A DNA stretch of 64,000 bases from Catajapyx aquilonaris (GCA_000934665.2 JYFJ02001690.1:1-64000), one strand, 5' to 3'; shown: positions 25,349 through 38,069, counted from the first letter of the stretch. Translations and numbers: made by a program. Notes: a model not told the origin generated them from the sequence alone.

Positions 25349-26950
25349 TTGACGTTTCCAATATTTTCGGGGGAAAAACATACTGTATATGGTACATCCT
25401 CTGGCAATCGCGTTGTCAGTAATACTGTCACCTGAGCGATGATGTTATCACATTTTCATTTCATATACGGTGACCTTCTACTCTTCTAGTAAGCCGCTGA
25501 ATTCGCTAAATTCTCAGAAGATAGCTTTCTCTTGATGCCTTGGCACAGCATAGTTGTTATTGTAGCTTTTGCGCCGCGAAATCCTAGCCAATCAATCTTA
25601 TGACGCCCTTGCCATTAGCGTATAGTCCTAATGTTGGTCGCAGGTGTCAGTTGCTGCTATTCTTCGTTTTTCTTTACGAGGTGCCCTCACTTCCATTACG
25701 TGCGGCTTGTTTGGTTGATGGGAACTCAATGTCAGATTAAATTACATCAGTCTAAACCATAATAACCTTGGCCAAATGGACTCCAGGTTATTAAAGGCAT
25801 CATTTTATTACTAAACACTGGCTACATAGTACATACCATTCAGCATCGGATGATAAACATGACTCGAGAGAACCGGGCTTTCCAACGATTATTATGTTGA
25901 AAGGAAGTATAGAACGACCTTTCCCCCGATACAGATCTGATCCGACTTTTGTCTCCGGAATCAGGCAGGCAGTGGAACAATACCTGCCGCAAACGAGCAC
26001 CCTTTTCACCACCCTGTAGAGTATTTTGGTTAACCTCTCCTATTTGTTCCGTGGGCCCCGTAAACACAGCCATAGGCGGTATCGATTCTTTCAGTCATAC
26101 AAAAGGAGTGGTGTCAGCCCTGAGTCCACCACGATTTTTTATCTGCCTCTGTTTCACATAAGAAGCTGATGTTACCATGTCTACGAGTACTACGACAAAC
26201 TACAGACCAAAGGTGTAGGTCAACAACCGATAACTGCGCAATAACCCTCTTTGAACCCTCGGCATTCATACCGTAATGAATAACACATATTAGAAAGATG
26301 TTGTGTAACACCTGTCCTTTCCCACGTGTAGACCGTTGCTATGTCAACCGTCTGGAGTCCGTGTCAGAGGTTCATTCGCCCATGCTACCGGGACCTTTTA
26401 ATTGACCGGTATTAACTCCAGACTGGGGACTGTTGATTTAGCAGCACTTTCATGATGCTGGTAAACAGTTTTGTGCTCTAGCTTGAAGACGCAATAAATA
26501 GTTTATGAAAAAGATGTGCTGCCGAACTACGCATTGGAGAATGCACGGGCGAGCTCCTTTCAGGCTTAGGCACCCACAGTCATCCCGTCTTGCTATATCA
26601 ACTCCTCAGATCTTGTCGTCAAGCAATGACAATCACAAATCAAGGCCAAGAGAAGCTGGCATTGATTTGTATGCATTGCGCATCCATCTTTCGCAATCTG
26701 AGCCTTGAAGAAGGGAGGTTAGGATTTTAATTGGTTATTAAATGTGGAGTGAACGTTTTCTTTCTATAGTGTTGAAGCTACGTATATTCATCAACCAAGA
26801 GGTTTTATATTTTGCGGATGATTGGGTCTCTAATTCTTTTTAATTGTCCGTATCATTGGTAATGAGTGTAATTAATTTTAATGCTGTCTTCAGATCTGTG
26901 TGGCCCCTCAGGTTCATTATTAAAACTAATGTCCTGCAAGTAACATACAG

Positions 26951-27274
26951 TATAAACGTAGCGGCAGCAATTTTTACCAGACCCCACGGAAATTCACTGC
27001 CGAAGCTAATAGCATATAGCGTATTAAGAGGTTGCTTCCGTAATTAATAGGCCACAGCCGCTTCCTTCCGTCCCTATCCTATCCCAAAAAGCGCAGTAAA
27101 ATGAAAGCAAAGAGTTCCAGGCAAAACAAAACTTCCCCCCTAAAGAGCCGATAGGCTGATAACGGGGTATGAATTATTAACTTTGAAATTTCATCTTAAT
27201 ACGCTATATACTATTAGCTTCGGCAGTGAATTTCCGTGGGGTCTGGTATAAAAATTGCTGCCGCTACGTTTATA
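26951..27274. mobile_element. MITE with ~80-bp TIRs enclosing the 3' half of a family A SINE
   Basis: TATAAACGTAGCGGCAGCAATTTTTA...GCGTATTAAGA is mirrored at 27195-27274. The interior 27030-27178 matches the 3' part of the SINE at 4447-4728. Confidence 0.8.
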
Positions 27275-27279
27275 ACGTA

Positions 27280-27600
27280 AGTTACTGGATCTACTGGGGG
27301 GTGGCACACCACCAGCAGTTTTCTGTATATTTTTACTACTTCATTGTCCGGTGCAAGGAAAGGACATTGGGAAAGGATATGGATTTTTTGGGGAGGGAAC
27401 ATGGGTGCAAGTGCAATGTCCGTAAATGGGTCTTGTGGTGTTCCCCAGGAGGTTTAGGTTGCCGGACACCTCCTTGGTGCAGGTTAGAGACCCTTCTGAC
27501 GCAGGTGAAAGGAAAACTCCCCAGGCGGGGATCGAACCTGGGGCCTTTTTCACTCAGCAAGCCGAGACGTTACCATCTCGGCCATCTACAACCCCCCCCC
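27280..27600 (-). mobile_element. tRNA-derived SINE, family C
   Basis: Head TGGCCGAGATGGTAACGTCTCGGC...GGTTCGATCCC. Homologous to 46090-46421. Confidence 0.88.
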
Positions 27601-28076
27601 GAATTGTGCCTACTATTCGAATGAAAGAAATCTCAGCAAGGTGAGGATCCGCCTTTACTTTGCCACTGATGTCTTCTAGTTACGACCTCTTTTGTTTGTT
27701 GATCTTTAAGTTGTTAACTGTCAAATCAACTTCAACTTTGGTGTCCCCCTATAACTCCAATGTTACGATTCATAATATTATTCTAAAGTCCAGATAATCT
27801 TAATGGAGATTTTTTATCACATTTTGTTTATTAGTAATCGCGTTTTTCTTGTTGCCGGAGATGTTACTAGGCACAGTTGCTGCTTCATTTTTAACTATTT
27901 ATATGAAGCACAGACTACATGTATGCAGTTAACAGCTCTAATTAGCATGCGAATAATTAAACGCCGCTTGCTGCCGTATAATGAAGATCTTTGAAATAGG
28001 AAGTGGGCGGTTGAGCTGCTGTTGCAGTGACAGTACATGAAGTGAAGCAGGCATTATGGTAGAATGGTTGCCTTAC

Positions 28077-28915
28077 CTGGTAGAAGGAAGGCTGCGTGTC
28101 TTCTATTCCTACCCTTGAGGGCCCTGGCAGTGCCTGTCGGTTCTGCCGTAGGAGATGGGCTTGTGCCAGTTACTGTAGCCGTACCTGTACCTGTTGCAGT
28201 GCCTGTCATCATTCCTGTCTGTAAAAGCCATTAATATGGCCATTAATATGGCAGGAATATGCGGTGCCAAATTATTCATTGCATAATTTGCCGATTTTAA
28301 TCTGGTGTTAATGGAAGATATTCATTCTCATTATATGTGGTCTATGCTGAACAAGTTCCGTTGTATGGCTGGCTGATTAAATTTGTTCTCGTGTTACTGC
28401 CAACCCTGTAAGCAGCTCTTATTGCCTTTAATTTTCTTACGTAACGCCATATTGTATAACTCTAGTGACATTTCAAATTATGCAAACTACCCATAGAACA
28501 GCATGTTTATACTTTGGTCAAATTACTTACCGAAAAAAATGCGTCTAGCAGAAGATTCATTAGGAAGACTCCGAAACTGAGAAAAGCCAGGGCGGTCAGG
28601 GCAAGGTCAAACAGACTTCCGAAGCTCATGCCCTTGTCACCTTTGCCTTTTCCTCCTCCACCACCATATCCGCTTCCTGCAGCGCTGACATAGTCACGAC
28701 CCGACAGCCTGCATGGGCATCCACCACTTATTACAGGATTGATCTAAGAAAGCCGGTATAGCTGACCTGAGATGACTGGAGGTAGCTTCTGCCAGCTGGT
28801 AGCCACCCACATGATGGTTGCGGTCGAACCAATGACTTCCATCCAACTGGTGGTTACCGCCATCAACAGCCAACAATAGACAAAAGATGAACCAGAGCTG
28901 CCTTCTAAGACTCAT
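28077..28915 (-). CDS. Uncharacterised signal-peptide plus single-TM protein (Gly-rich, then TM, then Thr/Gly-rich with a furin-like RNRR); terminal exon not resolved
   Basis: Exons 28915-28767, 28708-28531 and 28218-28077 are phase-consistent with GT-AG introns. Protein: MSLRRQLWFIFCLLLAVDG...RLSGRDYVSAAGSGYGGGGGKGKGDKGMSFGSLFDLALTALAFLSFGVFLMNLLLDAFFSTGMMTGTATGTGTATV...GRNRRHAAFLLP. A TATAAAAG lies at 29119-29112. Confidence 0.75.
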
Positions 28916-29675
28916 ATTGTCGCTGAAATGCAGAACCAGAATCACCAGGGCGGACCTTTTGCATGAGGGCACCTGCCCATGACCACTTCCTCTCTTTTTC
29001 TCTCATCCGTGCAAATCCGGAAGAGATGACAAGCCAGATGACCGCCAGCAGCAGGGTTGGAGGATGATGGCAATACGTCTCCCTACCCCCACCCTAGTCT
29101 TCTCTTCCCAACTTTTATATGCTCATCATTCTGAAGGGGGCATCGATTCTCACACCGGAGCAGATGGTCATATTCTCACCACATCTCCCCCCTCAGCTCA
29201 CCCATCCTCCCACCATCTCTCACCTCCAACGCCCAGATTTCTTTCCACCCCCAAAACGCCTTTTGGGGAACTTTTAGGGGGAGGGGGGGAGGGAGCGATA
29301 ATGACCCTTCTTCCCTCCCCTCCTGCCCCCTTCCTCCCCCACAACAAGTTGCATCGTTTCTGTCGACAGCGCAGATTCTCCCAGCTTGGAGGCACTGGCC
29401 TGCCCACTGTCTTTATCCAATTAGGATTCATGAAACATTATACATCAGGGGCCTTAAATTATGGTGTAACTTCATATTAGTGTGTATCGATCACTGGTGT
29501 CTCACCCCTCAGGTCAGCACATGCCTAGTGACGCAGAATTCACACGCGCCTGATGGTCCAGCTTTGGATGCAAACACACTGGTATATCCCACGCAAGGAT
29601 GAGACATCGTTGTATAAAGGTATATTAAGCTTCAAAACACCCATTTATTCATATTTGTGACATATGCATAACCAG

Positions 29676-29964
29676 CTATTCCACACCCATGCGGGTGTGA
29701 CAGCATATGTATCTGTCCAAGTTTCTCTGGTAGCAGCAGTTGTTATTGTCGCAGTTAATAAAATCTCCGCACTGAAAGACAACAAGATGGCACACATGAC
29801 CTTATTACGAGTATTGTAGCAACATTCTGGGGACTTACTCTTCCACCGAGCATCATGGGTTTTTCCATGTTGGCGCGCATTAGAATGAAGAATATCGTTG
29901 CCAATATCATGGCTCCCAGTAGTTTGGCCCGGTGGGATACGACATCGCTTACGTGGTACATCAT
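29676..29964 (-). CDS. Small secreted cysteine-rich peptide precursor, 73 aa, 2 exons (mature C-X5-C-X4-CC-X9-CC)
   Basis: Exon 1 29964-29839 (donor AGA|GTAAGT), a 67-nt intron, acceptor GTCTTTCAG|, exon 2 29771-29676. Protein: MMYHVSDVVSHRAKLLGAMILATIFFILMRANMEKPMMLGGR|CGDFINCDNNNCCYQRNLDRYICCHTRMGVE*. AATAAA at 29649-29644. Confidence 0.8.
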
Positions 29965-30124
29965 GCTGATGCCGAGTCAAAGGGATCCTGCTGCTGGGTT
30001 GAAATAGCTCGGGTCAACAACTCACTGAATGGCACGGGCACTGACCTACCTTGTGACAAGAACGGCTGTGGTGGGGTCTGTTGTCGTGTATGTGATGGCA
30101 GCTGTGGACCAGTCGGGCTAAAGA

Positions 30125-30157
30125 GAATGAGTGGTCCTCCAAGCTCCAGTTTATATA
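30125..30157 (-). promoter_or_regulatory. TATA box plus initiator core promoter of the Cys-rich peptide gene
   Basis: Minus-strand TATATAAA starts at 30157. TCATTC (Inr consensus TCAKTY) has its +1 A at 30128, 29 nt downstream, which is canonical spacing. Confidence 0.7.
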
Positions 30158-31197
30158 GGTGGTGTTTGTTGTGGCAAATAGGAGATATCATAAAATCAGC
30201 GGGACACAATGAGCCATTATTGTATTTTTCGGGGCATTATTTACATGCCATGAGGAACATCTAAGAGACAGATAAGCGTCACAACGTGCAATGACGCAAG
30301 TGTTGAGCAGAATTTTAGCAAAAGTTGTCTTCTGTAAGAGAAAAACATGGTACTTATGGTGCATCGAAGCACGTCAGTTTAGCAAACTGCGTGTGAAGCA
30401 AATTAATGTGTAGATGTAACGCTCAATTGTTAGAGTGGCATAATGTTAACTAAAACTAATACGAAATAAATGATTTTGCAATATCCGAACACAAGTTTAA
30501 ATGGGGAAATACACTACAATGGGTATCCATAATTGTGGACATTATCATCAATTCTGGTTTAATGAAAAATAAATCATAATCTACCATTGTTTGAATAATT
30601 AAAATTAAAATTAAAATTTTCCGACGTTCCTAGAGCTCCTCTCGTGGTGGTTTTAAGGTGGAAATGAAGCTAGAGTCACTTAATGAGAATTTTATGAAAA
30701 AAACATACGTTACGCAGTTTTGTGTCCTCTTATCAATGGTGCAAAGAAAAATACACGTCACCGTGCAAATTAGCGAACTAGAGGGCTCAGAAGTTCGCGA
30801 TTTAACATGGGCCCTTATGGCAGAATTTTCAATAGTCCACAAAAAAATCATAAGTAAATGAGAATTTTAAAATTTAATGTGGAACATGTCGGGAACTATA
30901 TACTGATCGCAACCGCAAAAAGAAAAACCTACCTCACCGTGCTCTTTCAATTTGTATTGCTGAAAAACGATCCGAAAATGATCCAGTGACGTCACATTGC
31001 TCCACTCGAGTGAGGACGTGGCAACACAGCGTTGTTTACGGTAGCGAGATACGGTTGCATATGACCGCGAAATATGAGTGCAAGTTAGTATGATGGTTTT
31101 TACAATGGCTCACACAGGATTTTCGTTTGGCGGGGGTGTTTGTCAGACGTCAGAACCGTTATATTAGTTTATATAGTTATAATTGTAATATAATACT

Positions 31198-31650
31198 ACC
31201 GAAGCAGTAGTGGTGTAGTGGATATGGTGTCCGACTGCTAATCGGGAGGTCCTGGGTTCGAATCCCGGAGGCCGGCGATCCTGACCTTGGTTTTCTGTGG
31301 TTTCCCAAGGTCACTCCAGGAATAATTTCCGGGATCGTACCGTAATGTAGGCCACAGCCGCTTCCCTCCTTTCCCTGTCCTGGAGGAGATGCGGGTCAGT
31401 CTGGGGTTTCTGACCCGCATCTAGGGGGGCCATCTATGGCGAACGGACCCCCCTGGGGCCTGGGGGACTGCACACGACCCCCAACATGAGAGATTGCACA
31501 TGCACCAGTGTCCCCCCTTCCTATCCTTACCTTGTCCCTGCACCAGCTAATGTAAAAATAATAATAACAAAAATAAAGGAACGTGTGATATACCCCCAGT
31601 TGGGGGTGAAAGCACTACCCCAGTTATGTTATGTTATGTTATGTTATTAT
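31198..31650 (+). mobile_element. Chimeric tRNA-derived SINE (family A head, structured insert, family C-like body, (GTTAT)n tail)
   Basis: 18-bp TSD TAATTGTAATATAATACT at 31180-31197 and 31651-31668. 31199-31380 matches family A, and 31460-31550 matches the family C body (CTGGGGGACTGCACA...GAGATTGCACATGCACC). Confidence 0.88.
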
Positions 31651-32626
31651 TAATTGTAATATAATACTCGAATGATTCGAATCCACCCGGCAATGACGTC
31701 ACATACTGCTACGCGATAATTGGCCCGGACCTTTGCTGCGTTGCCGCTTCTATCTGTCACACGCGTACCAACTGAACGTGTTCCAAATCCGACACAAATG
31801 TTACAGGCTCTCCTTTCGGAACTAAACTTTTAAAAATGCCATGACAAATTGGGACCTCGTAATTACAACCGAATAAAATCGATTTCCATCAAAAATAAAA
31901 AATATTAAGCACACCTCCGAATACCATGTTTAAGTTGGCAGTCGTGAAAATTGCGCCTGCGCACAAAAACTTGCAGCCGGTAATAGGCCCATATTAAATC
32001 GAGTTTAAAACGCAGATTCGAATGGAATGCATAGGATTGAACAGCATTTACTGCTGCATCGGTTGCATATGTTTCCCTGATTTTAGCCCTTCTTATTAAC
32101 ATTCCAATTCTAGACTCTCATTTTTTTGATTATCAAGTCGCTTCATTTCCACCTTAAAGTAAAAAAATGGCAAAAGTGCGAATTTCAAATGCGGAATTTC
32201 TGGGAATTTCGCAATACCAGGATCGATAGGACCGGATATGACAAATATTATTTTCATCTGCCATCTGACATTATTATAAACAACTTCCAGTAACAATATG
32301 TAGGCTACTGCGGAGAAAAACGATCCCTGGAACTCATCCATCCTGCATAAGGTCATTAATCTTTTCTGAAATATAAATAACTTTCCTATCAGTAATCCTA
32401 TATGGACGGCGTTATGCAATAATGGGTCAACCCACAAGAATGTCAAAATTGAGTTAAACCCAGGAACATACACCCAAAGGATAGTAGGCCTACTTCATTC
32501 AGTTAAAATCAAGGTGGCAAAATCTGCATACTTCTGCCACAAATGACTGAAAAGTTAACTCACAAATGGTGTGCATGGACGGTATATGCAATGAATTGTC
32601 AACCCACAAAAATGTCAGGCCCTAGA

Positions 32627-32890
32627 TTCGATTTCCGCCTGGGAGTTCCCTTTCACCTGCGTCGGGAGGGTCTCTGACTGGCAACCTAACCTCCTGGGGG
32701 ATTGCACATGGCCCATTATTGAGACATTGCACCTGCACCCATGTCCCCTCCCCGAAAATCCCTATCCTTATACCATATGCGTCCTTGATTCCTTAACCAG
32801 AGATTGAAGTTAAATTCAGAAAAATTGATCGAAATGGTGGTATTCCACCCCCATGAAAGGGCCCACGGCCTACGGGGTAAACAGCAAAAA
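32627..32890 (+). mobile_element. Family C SINE, 5'-truncated with an internal deletion
   Basis: CCGCCTGGGAGTTCCCTTTCACCTGCGTCGGGAGGGTCTCTGAC is identical to 46156-46199. Tail CTACGGGGTA. Confidence 0.85.
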
Positions 32891-35193
32891 ATATATATGA
32901 TTTACACATAACAATATTACTCCAACCATTACGGCTTACTGCAGATATGCAAAAAGTAAGACTTCAGGTGACCTAGCAGAGCGAATGTTTGTGCACGCTA
33001 TAGGCTAGCAGCAGTACTATCATTTTATAGTATAGTATAGTATAATACATAATTATAGTAGGCTATAATTATATTGTGTCTCAGCCTTGACTCCGGCCTG
33101 ATTTTAATAAGGCGAGAACAGAGCAGATTGCGTAACCAAAATATTCAGGTTATACAGTAATAATTAAGTAAATCATTTCAGAATTTTATCAGAATTTTGT
33201 GTAACTCAGTGAAAGTTAGTACAGTGGACAGGTGCAATAATGAATTAAGACAGCAAGGTCCTTATGATTGATACTGTACAGTGCGCGTGGCTACCTATAC
33301 CAAGAATACATGCGGATAATATATTATCCACGTGTACTGCCTTTGGTCATTTCCTTAATAATTTGCATTTACCGTGTACATAATTAGTATTGGTAAAGAT
33401 CACCTGACTTCACAATGCAACATGGATTCCCGAGTCACGATTAGCATCAGGACCAAAATATGTAAAAGAATAAGGCTATAGTAAAATCCAGACAACTATT
33501 CCAGAAACGATCTTTTTAAATGTTCCACATGATCCCAAATATTCTGTGGCGGTACTTTACCGTGCGCGTTTTTTTTTTGTTACGTGTGCACGGTACCGTT
33601 CACCCAGATTCGAAGCGGGCTGATACCGTAAGAACATGCAAGCGAGCATATACCGGTATGCTAGCGAAAATTCTTTATCTGCCAGGGGAGAATCTATAAT
33701 GCAGGTATTATTTTTTGAAGTTTTTTACAAGTCGATGTAAATTATAGCGTGACATGAAAAGTGATTGTTGCCCCGCTGTAAGATGTGTCAAACAGTGACA
33801 GATCATATTTTTGGTATTAGAGTGTCAGTTACATATGGTATACCCCATTTGCACTACATTTTTGGTATGCCTCTAATCATGTGTCAGACGTTATGAGTGG
33901 TTCATGTAACTCGTGTGTCGTCAAAGCTTTCTGCCTCTTGGGTCAGATAACCTGCTCGTTAAAAAATAATGTTCACATGCTCATTATGATGATTTCATAT
34001 ATTTATTAGGCCCTACTTTAAACATTGCACAATAGGCATACATTACAAAATATCACGGGCAACATACAGGTTAAATCCATGAAGTTAAAAACACACACAA
34101 GTTTCGAGAGGATCCAAGTGAAAGATTAGGCCTTGCACTTGCTTACATGTTACAGTAGTATACAGAAAATCCTGTCTTTCTGACTCCTTATGAATCTTCA
34201 GGACTAAATGGACTTCACCAGAGCGATATATCAGAATAAATATGCTAATCAATGGTGTAAGTAACTCAATTCCGCGAAATTTATTATTATTACACTTGCA
34301 TCATGTCCGATAGGTATTGGTATATTCAGTTATTCAGTATACTGTCCACAGCGGCAAGAACTGGCACGCAATAAAATAATATCACGTTTGTCAAAGGAAC
34401 AACATCAAAATAACAATGGAGACTTTCTGTTCTCTACGGTACGTTAACGTTCAGGCGGCGCAGTTCCAAAAAAATACGGTAACAAATATGAAATAAAGGG
34501 TGCTGAGCCTTGGCAACGACCCAAACAAACTTGCTTATATGCATAGGCAGCATATGGGGATTCGACATGTCTACATTTCTGTGCACGGTCGCAAAAATTG
34601 TTCAATCGGCACAGAAATTGCACCAAAAAATAGAACATGATCTGGCGCAGTGCACCTATAGTGTGTGCGTGTCTTTTTTTTTCATTTTTCGGCCTAGAAG
34701 TGACCTTTACAGCAAGTTGAAGTTCGCGGAAAATGTCGTCTCCGAAAAGTCCTTTTCGGTGGCCGTATATGTCCAAAATTTCAATGCAATCATGTCGGGT
34801 ACGGTATCACTGTAAAGGCCAAACCTTTGAGCAGGGCGCCTAGTTCGTGTTTTTCCAGATTAACGTCGTATTTCGCCACAAACAAATAAAGTTCCATCAA
34901 AAATACCCCTATCGTATTTTTACTACTGCGCCGCCTTAACGTATAAACTCGGCTCGCAATTATTGGTTTAGAATAAGGTTACTGTATACATACTGGTAAC
35001 GTTAGCGTATACCATTAGGGCAGAAGTCTCCACTGTCATTTTGACGCAGCAGACAGCTGCATATTTGAGAGTAATGACATGATACGCCCTTATACACTAC
35101 CCGAATTATCCTCTCGTGGGCAGAGGGATGAAAAATTCATGGTTCATCTCGGTTCATCTCTATACCTTTGAAAGGTTATTGTGTACTTGTATA

Positions 35194-35631
35194 CAGGGTG
35201 TATCGGAACTCTACCATAAGCCATGTACCATTGGCATAAGGGGCACCAGAGCATCATTATATGTAGAGGGGTCATCATGTCTAGGCAGCCACATCACGTA
35301 GATAATTGATCATTTGCGAAGTAGCGATTGCGCTTAAGCGTGATTGTAGAATAGCAGTGCATCTGGGGGGAACTGCATTCTAAGAGCCCTTAGTGACTAC
35401 CCCAATAGCAGTGTGGCAGTAGCCCCCCAGAAAATAGCTGCCACCTTCACCTGTGATGCGATTGGCGGCTGAAGGTTTGCATACCTGCCAGGATATTTTA
35501 TACCTATTGGTTGAGGTCAATTATCTCGGTCATGCGGCGGCCCAGGCCTATGATTCCGATACTGTAAATAATCATCTGCTGACCATTACGCCATTGGCAT
35601 ATGGCTTATGGTAGAGTTCCGATACACCCTG
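35194..35631. mobile_element. Tc1/mariner-type MITE
   Basis: TA-CAGGGTGTATCGGAACTCTACCATAAGCCAT...ATGGCTTATGGTAGAGTTCCGATACACCCTG-TA. Confidence 0.88.
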
Positions 35632-36454
35632 TATATACAGTGCAAGCATATAATAATACTAACAGCTCATTGAAATGAGCCAGGTCAAAGAGGTCAAATC
35701 CCTTATCAACCTGGCTCCTCGTTCGAGCAGACCAAAAAAAAAAAATGCCCCAGTGCAGAGCTCAGCGGTTCATGTGAATACAGCATGTGCATCTTCCTGT
35801 ACACGTTAATATAGTATACAGGATAAAGGTACGGTATAAACGAGGGGGTTGATTTGTCGCTTGATTCCGGAGCCATCAAAAGTGCCTTTGAGGGGCGCAC
35901 CGTATGGCAGCCGGCGGTAATATGACTCTGAGTGACCTGTCCTCCAGCAGGGTTCATCAGACTGCGTGGCACATCAAAGGGGATGATACTCCAGGATGTG
36001 AGTAATTGCGAAACGTTGGAACTGGTGACTGGCAAATGCGTAGGTTTCATTGATCTGGTGACTCTCTTGTTCTCAACATCCTCTTGTTGAAGATGTGTCG
36101 TTGTATTGTGTGTGTATATTTCTTTTCATGGATGATCATCGAATTAAGACCTTCTCTGTCGCAGAATTGCAGCATTCAAAAAACCACAAATCCTTTCAAC
36201 TATTTCGTCTGCGTCTTGCAGGTGCAGTTTTTGCAAATGAAGAACATACTGCATATATCCTCAGAAGTAATAGCGTAATTTCCTGGCACATGTCTAACGA
36301 TGTAGCGGTTTAAAAAATATTAGAACTCACAATACGGATGGTGGCCACTGGAATCAGAAGCACTGGTTTCACAGAATCTGAAAACTATCGATATTAAATC
36401 CTAAAAATATATCTCGGCGCCCACAAACTGACTTCGACAAAATAATATGGTATA

Positions 36455-36783
36455 TAATATAATAATATAATAATCCGGGGTCGTGCTGACCTCATCAGAG
36501 GTATATAGCACGGACGTTTATTTTTATTATGTCTTGCACATTGGAGCCTTTATACGTAACGCCCTGGCCCATGGGCAGGATGACAGAAGGGGATGTGCAA
36601 GGTGCACCATTTTTAGTGAACTCCCCCGGGTGGTTTAGTCTATAAGAAATACCACCCGAGATGAAGCCAGAGACGGCTCAACTCTGCACGAGATGAAGGG
36701 GGTGTCCCCGGGCTGGGATCGAACCCGGGACCTTAACATCTGTGGACGCATACGTTACTGCAGCGCCACTTCGCCTCCCTAAG
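36455..36783 (-). mobile_element. tRNA-derived SINE, family B
   Basis: Homologous to 43436-43778. TSD AATATGGTATA at 36444-36454 and 36784-36794. Confidence 0.9.
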
Positions 36784-37153
36784 AATATGGTATAGAGCTG
36801 TGGGCGTAATCATATTTGATTTGATTTTTTGCGGCTATAAACCTTTCCAGGACAATCTACCAATATCAAACATGACAGCTCCTTCCAGCCAGGAAAATCT
36901 CCAATCTAGAAAACTGAGAGTGATGTGGCCTGCTACGTACCGTATATATCGCTCAAAAAGATAGAGACGATTGGCATTTGATTCAAGTGCAAGTTGCACT
37001 TGAGTCAAATGCAAAATCGTCTCTATCTTTTTGAGCGATATAGTACATGTATGCTGGCATGAATTGAAGCCCACGCAGCAAAGACTTCTATAGATATCGG
37101 GGCAAGATTTATGGATAATGTGCGGTAAAACTGAAAAGGTGCACAGTACACTT

Positions 37154-37465
37154 CATGGTCTTAGAATGGTAAGGTCTGGACACTCCCCCTCTTATCGCTT
37201 AGGGGCCTGACGGGGTGTTTCGCGGCAGGTGGCCGCGTGATAGCGCTTATCAGGCGCGAATAGACATTTGGCGACCCTAACGGACTGCTCTGAACTTAGG
37301 TAGAGGAGAAGCGCTTCTCTGCTACCTAAGTTCAGTGCAGTCTGGTAGAGTCGCACATGTCTATTCGCGCCTGGTGTTATCAAGAGGCCACCTGCAGCAA
37401 AACACCCCGTCAGGCCCCTAAGGCGATAAGAGGGGGTGTCCAGACCTTACTATTCTAAGACCATG
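37154..37465. mobile_element. 312-bp full fold-back MITE with CATG termini (P- or hAT-like)
   Basis: CATGGTCTTAGAATGGTAAGGTCTGGACAC...GTGTCCAGACCTTACTATTCTAAGACCATG; the arms pair to the centre (GAGAAGCGCTTCTC). Flanks GTACACTT/GTACACTC give a 7/8 TSD. Confidence 0.8.
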
Positions 37466-38069
37466 GTACACTCTATGAAAAAAAGGTCGGCCAGACGTAT
37501 CCTGTAACGATACAATCGTCAACATACTGTATGTATAGTCAGTGGAGTGGTGCAGAGCACAAATTGTTGCTCGCAATTGTGGCTTCGGACTTCCGGTGGT
37601 ATACCATCACCTCTTCTCATAACTCCACTGTTGGACTCATTTCTCCAGCGACAATGAGGTGGCCAGTGACATGCACTAGTGATTGGATGGAAGGGATGAA
37701 CGTTTTATTGAATTCAGAAGACATGGTGGGTGGTTTACTGTCCAAGGAAATCCACGTAATTTAAAAAAAAAGTCATGGATTGTTACCCAATCACCCAGTT
37801 CAAAAAGAAACAGCAATGTCCACAAAAGAACGTGTCCCTAATTGTTCCTTCGAACTATAGCTTCGGGTGTAAACAATCCTCATCTTTCCCTGAACTGCGA
37901 AGACTTAATGAACCGCCATGTAAGCCCCTCTGTTCCAGAATATTTTCGAAGAAATTCTAAGTCATCAGGGTGTTTAGATTGTCAGAATGACACAACTAAT
38001 AGCCGAGTCAGACACAGCCACTTTCAAGTGACAAAATAACACATTGCAGCACACCCACTCCCTGCGGCC

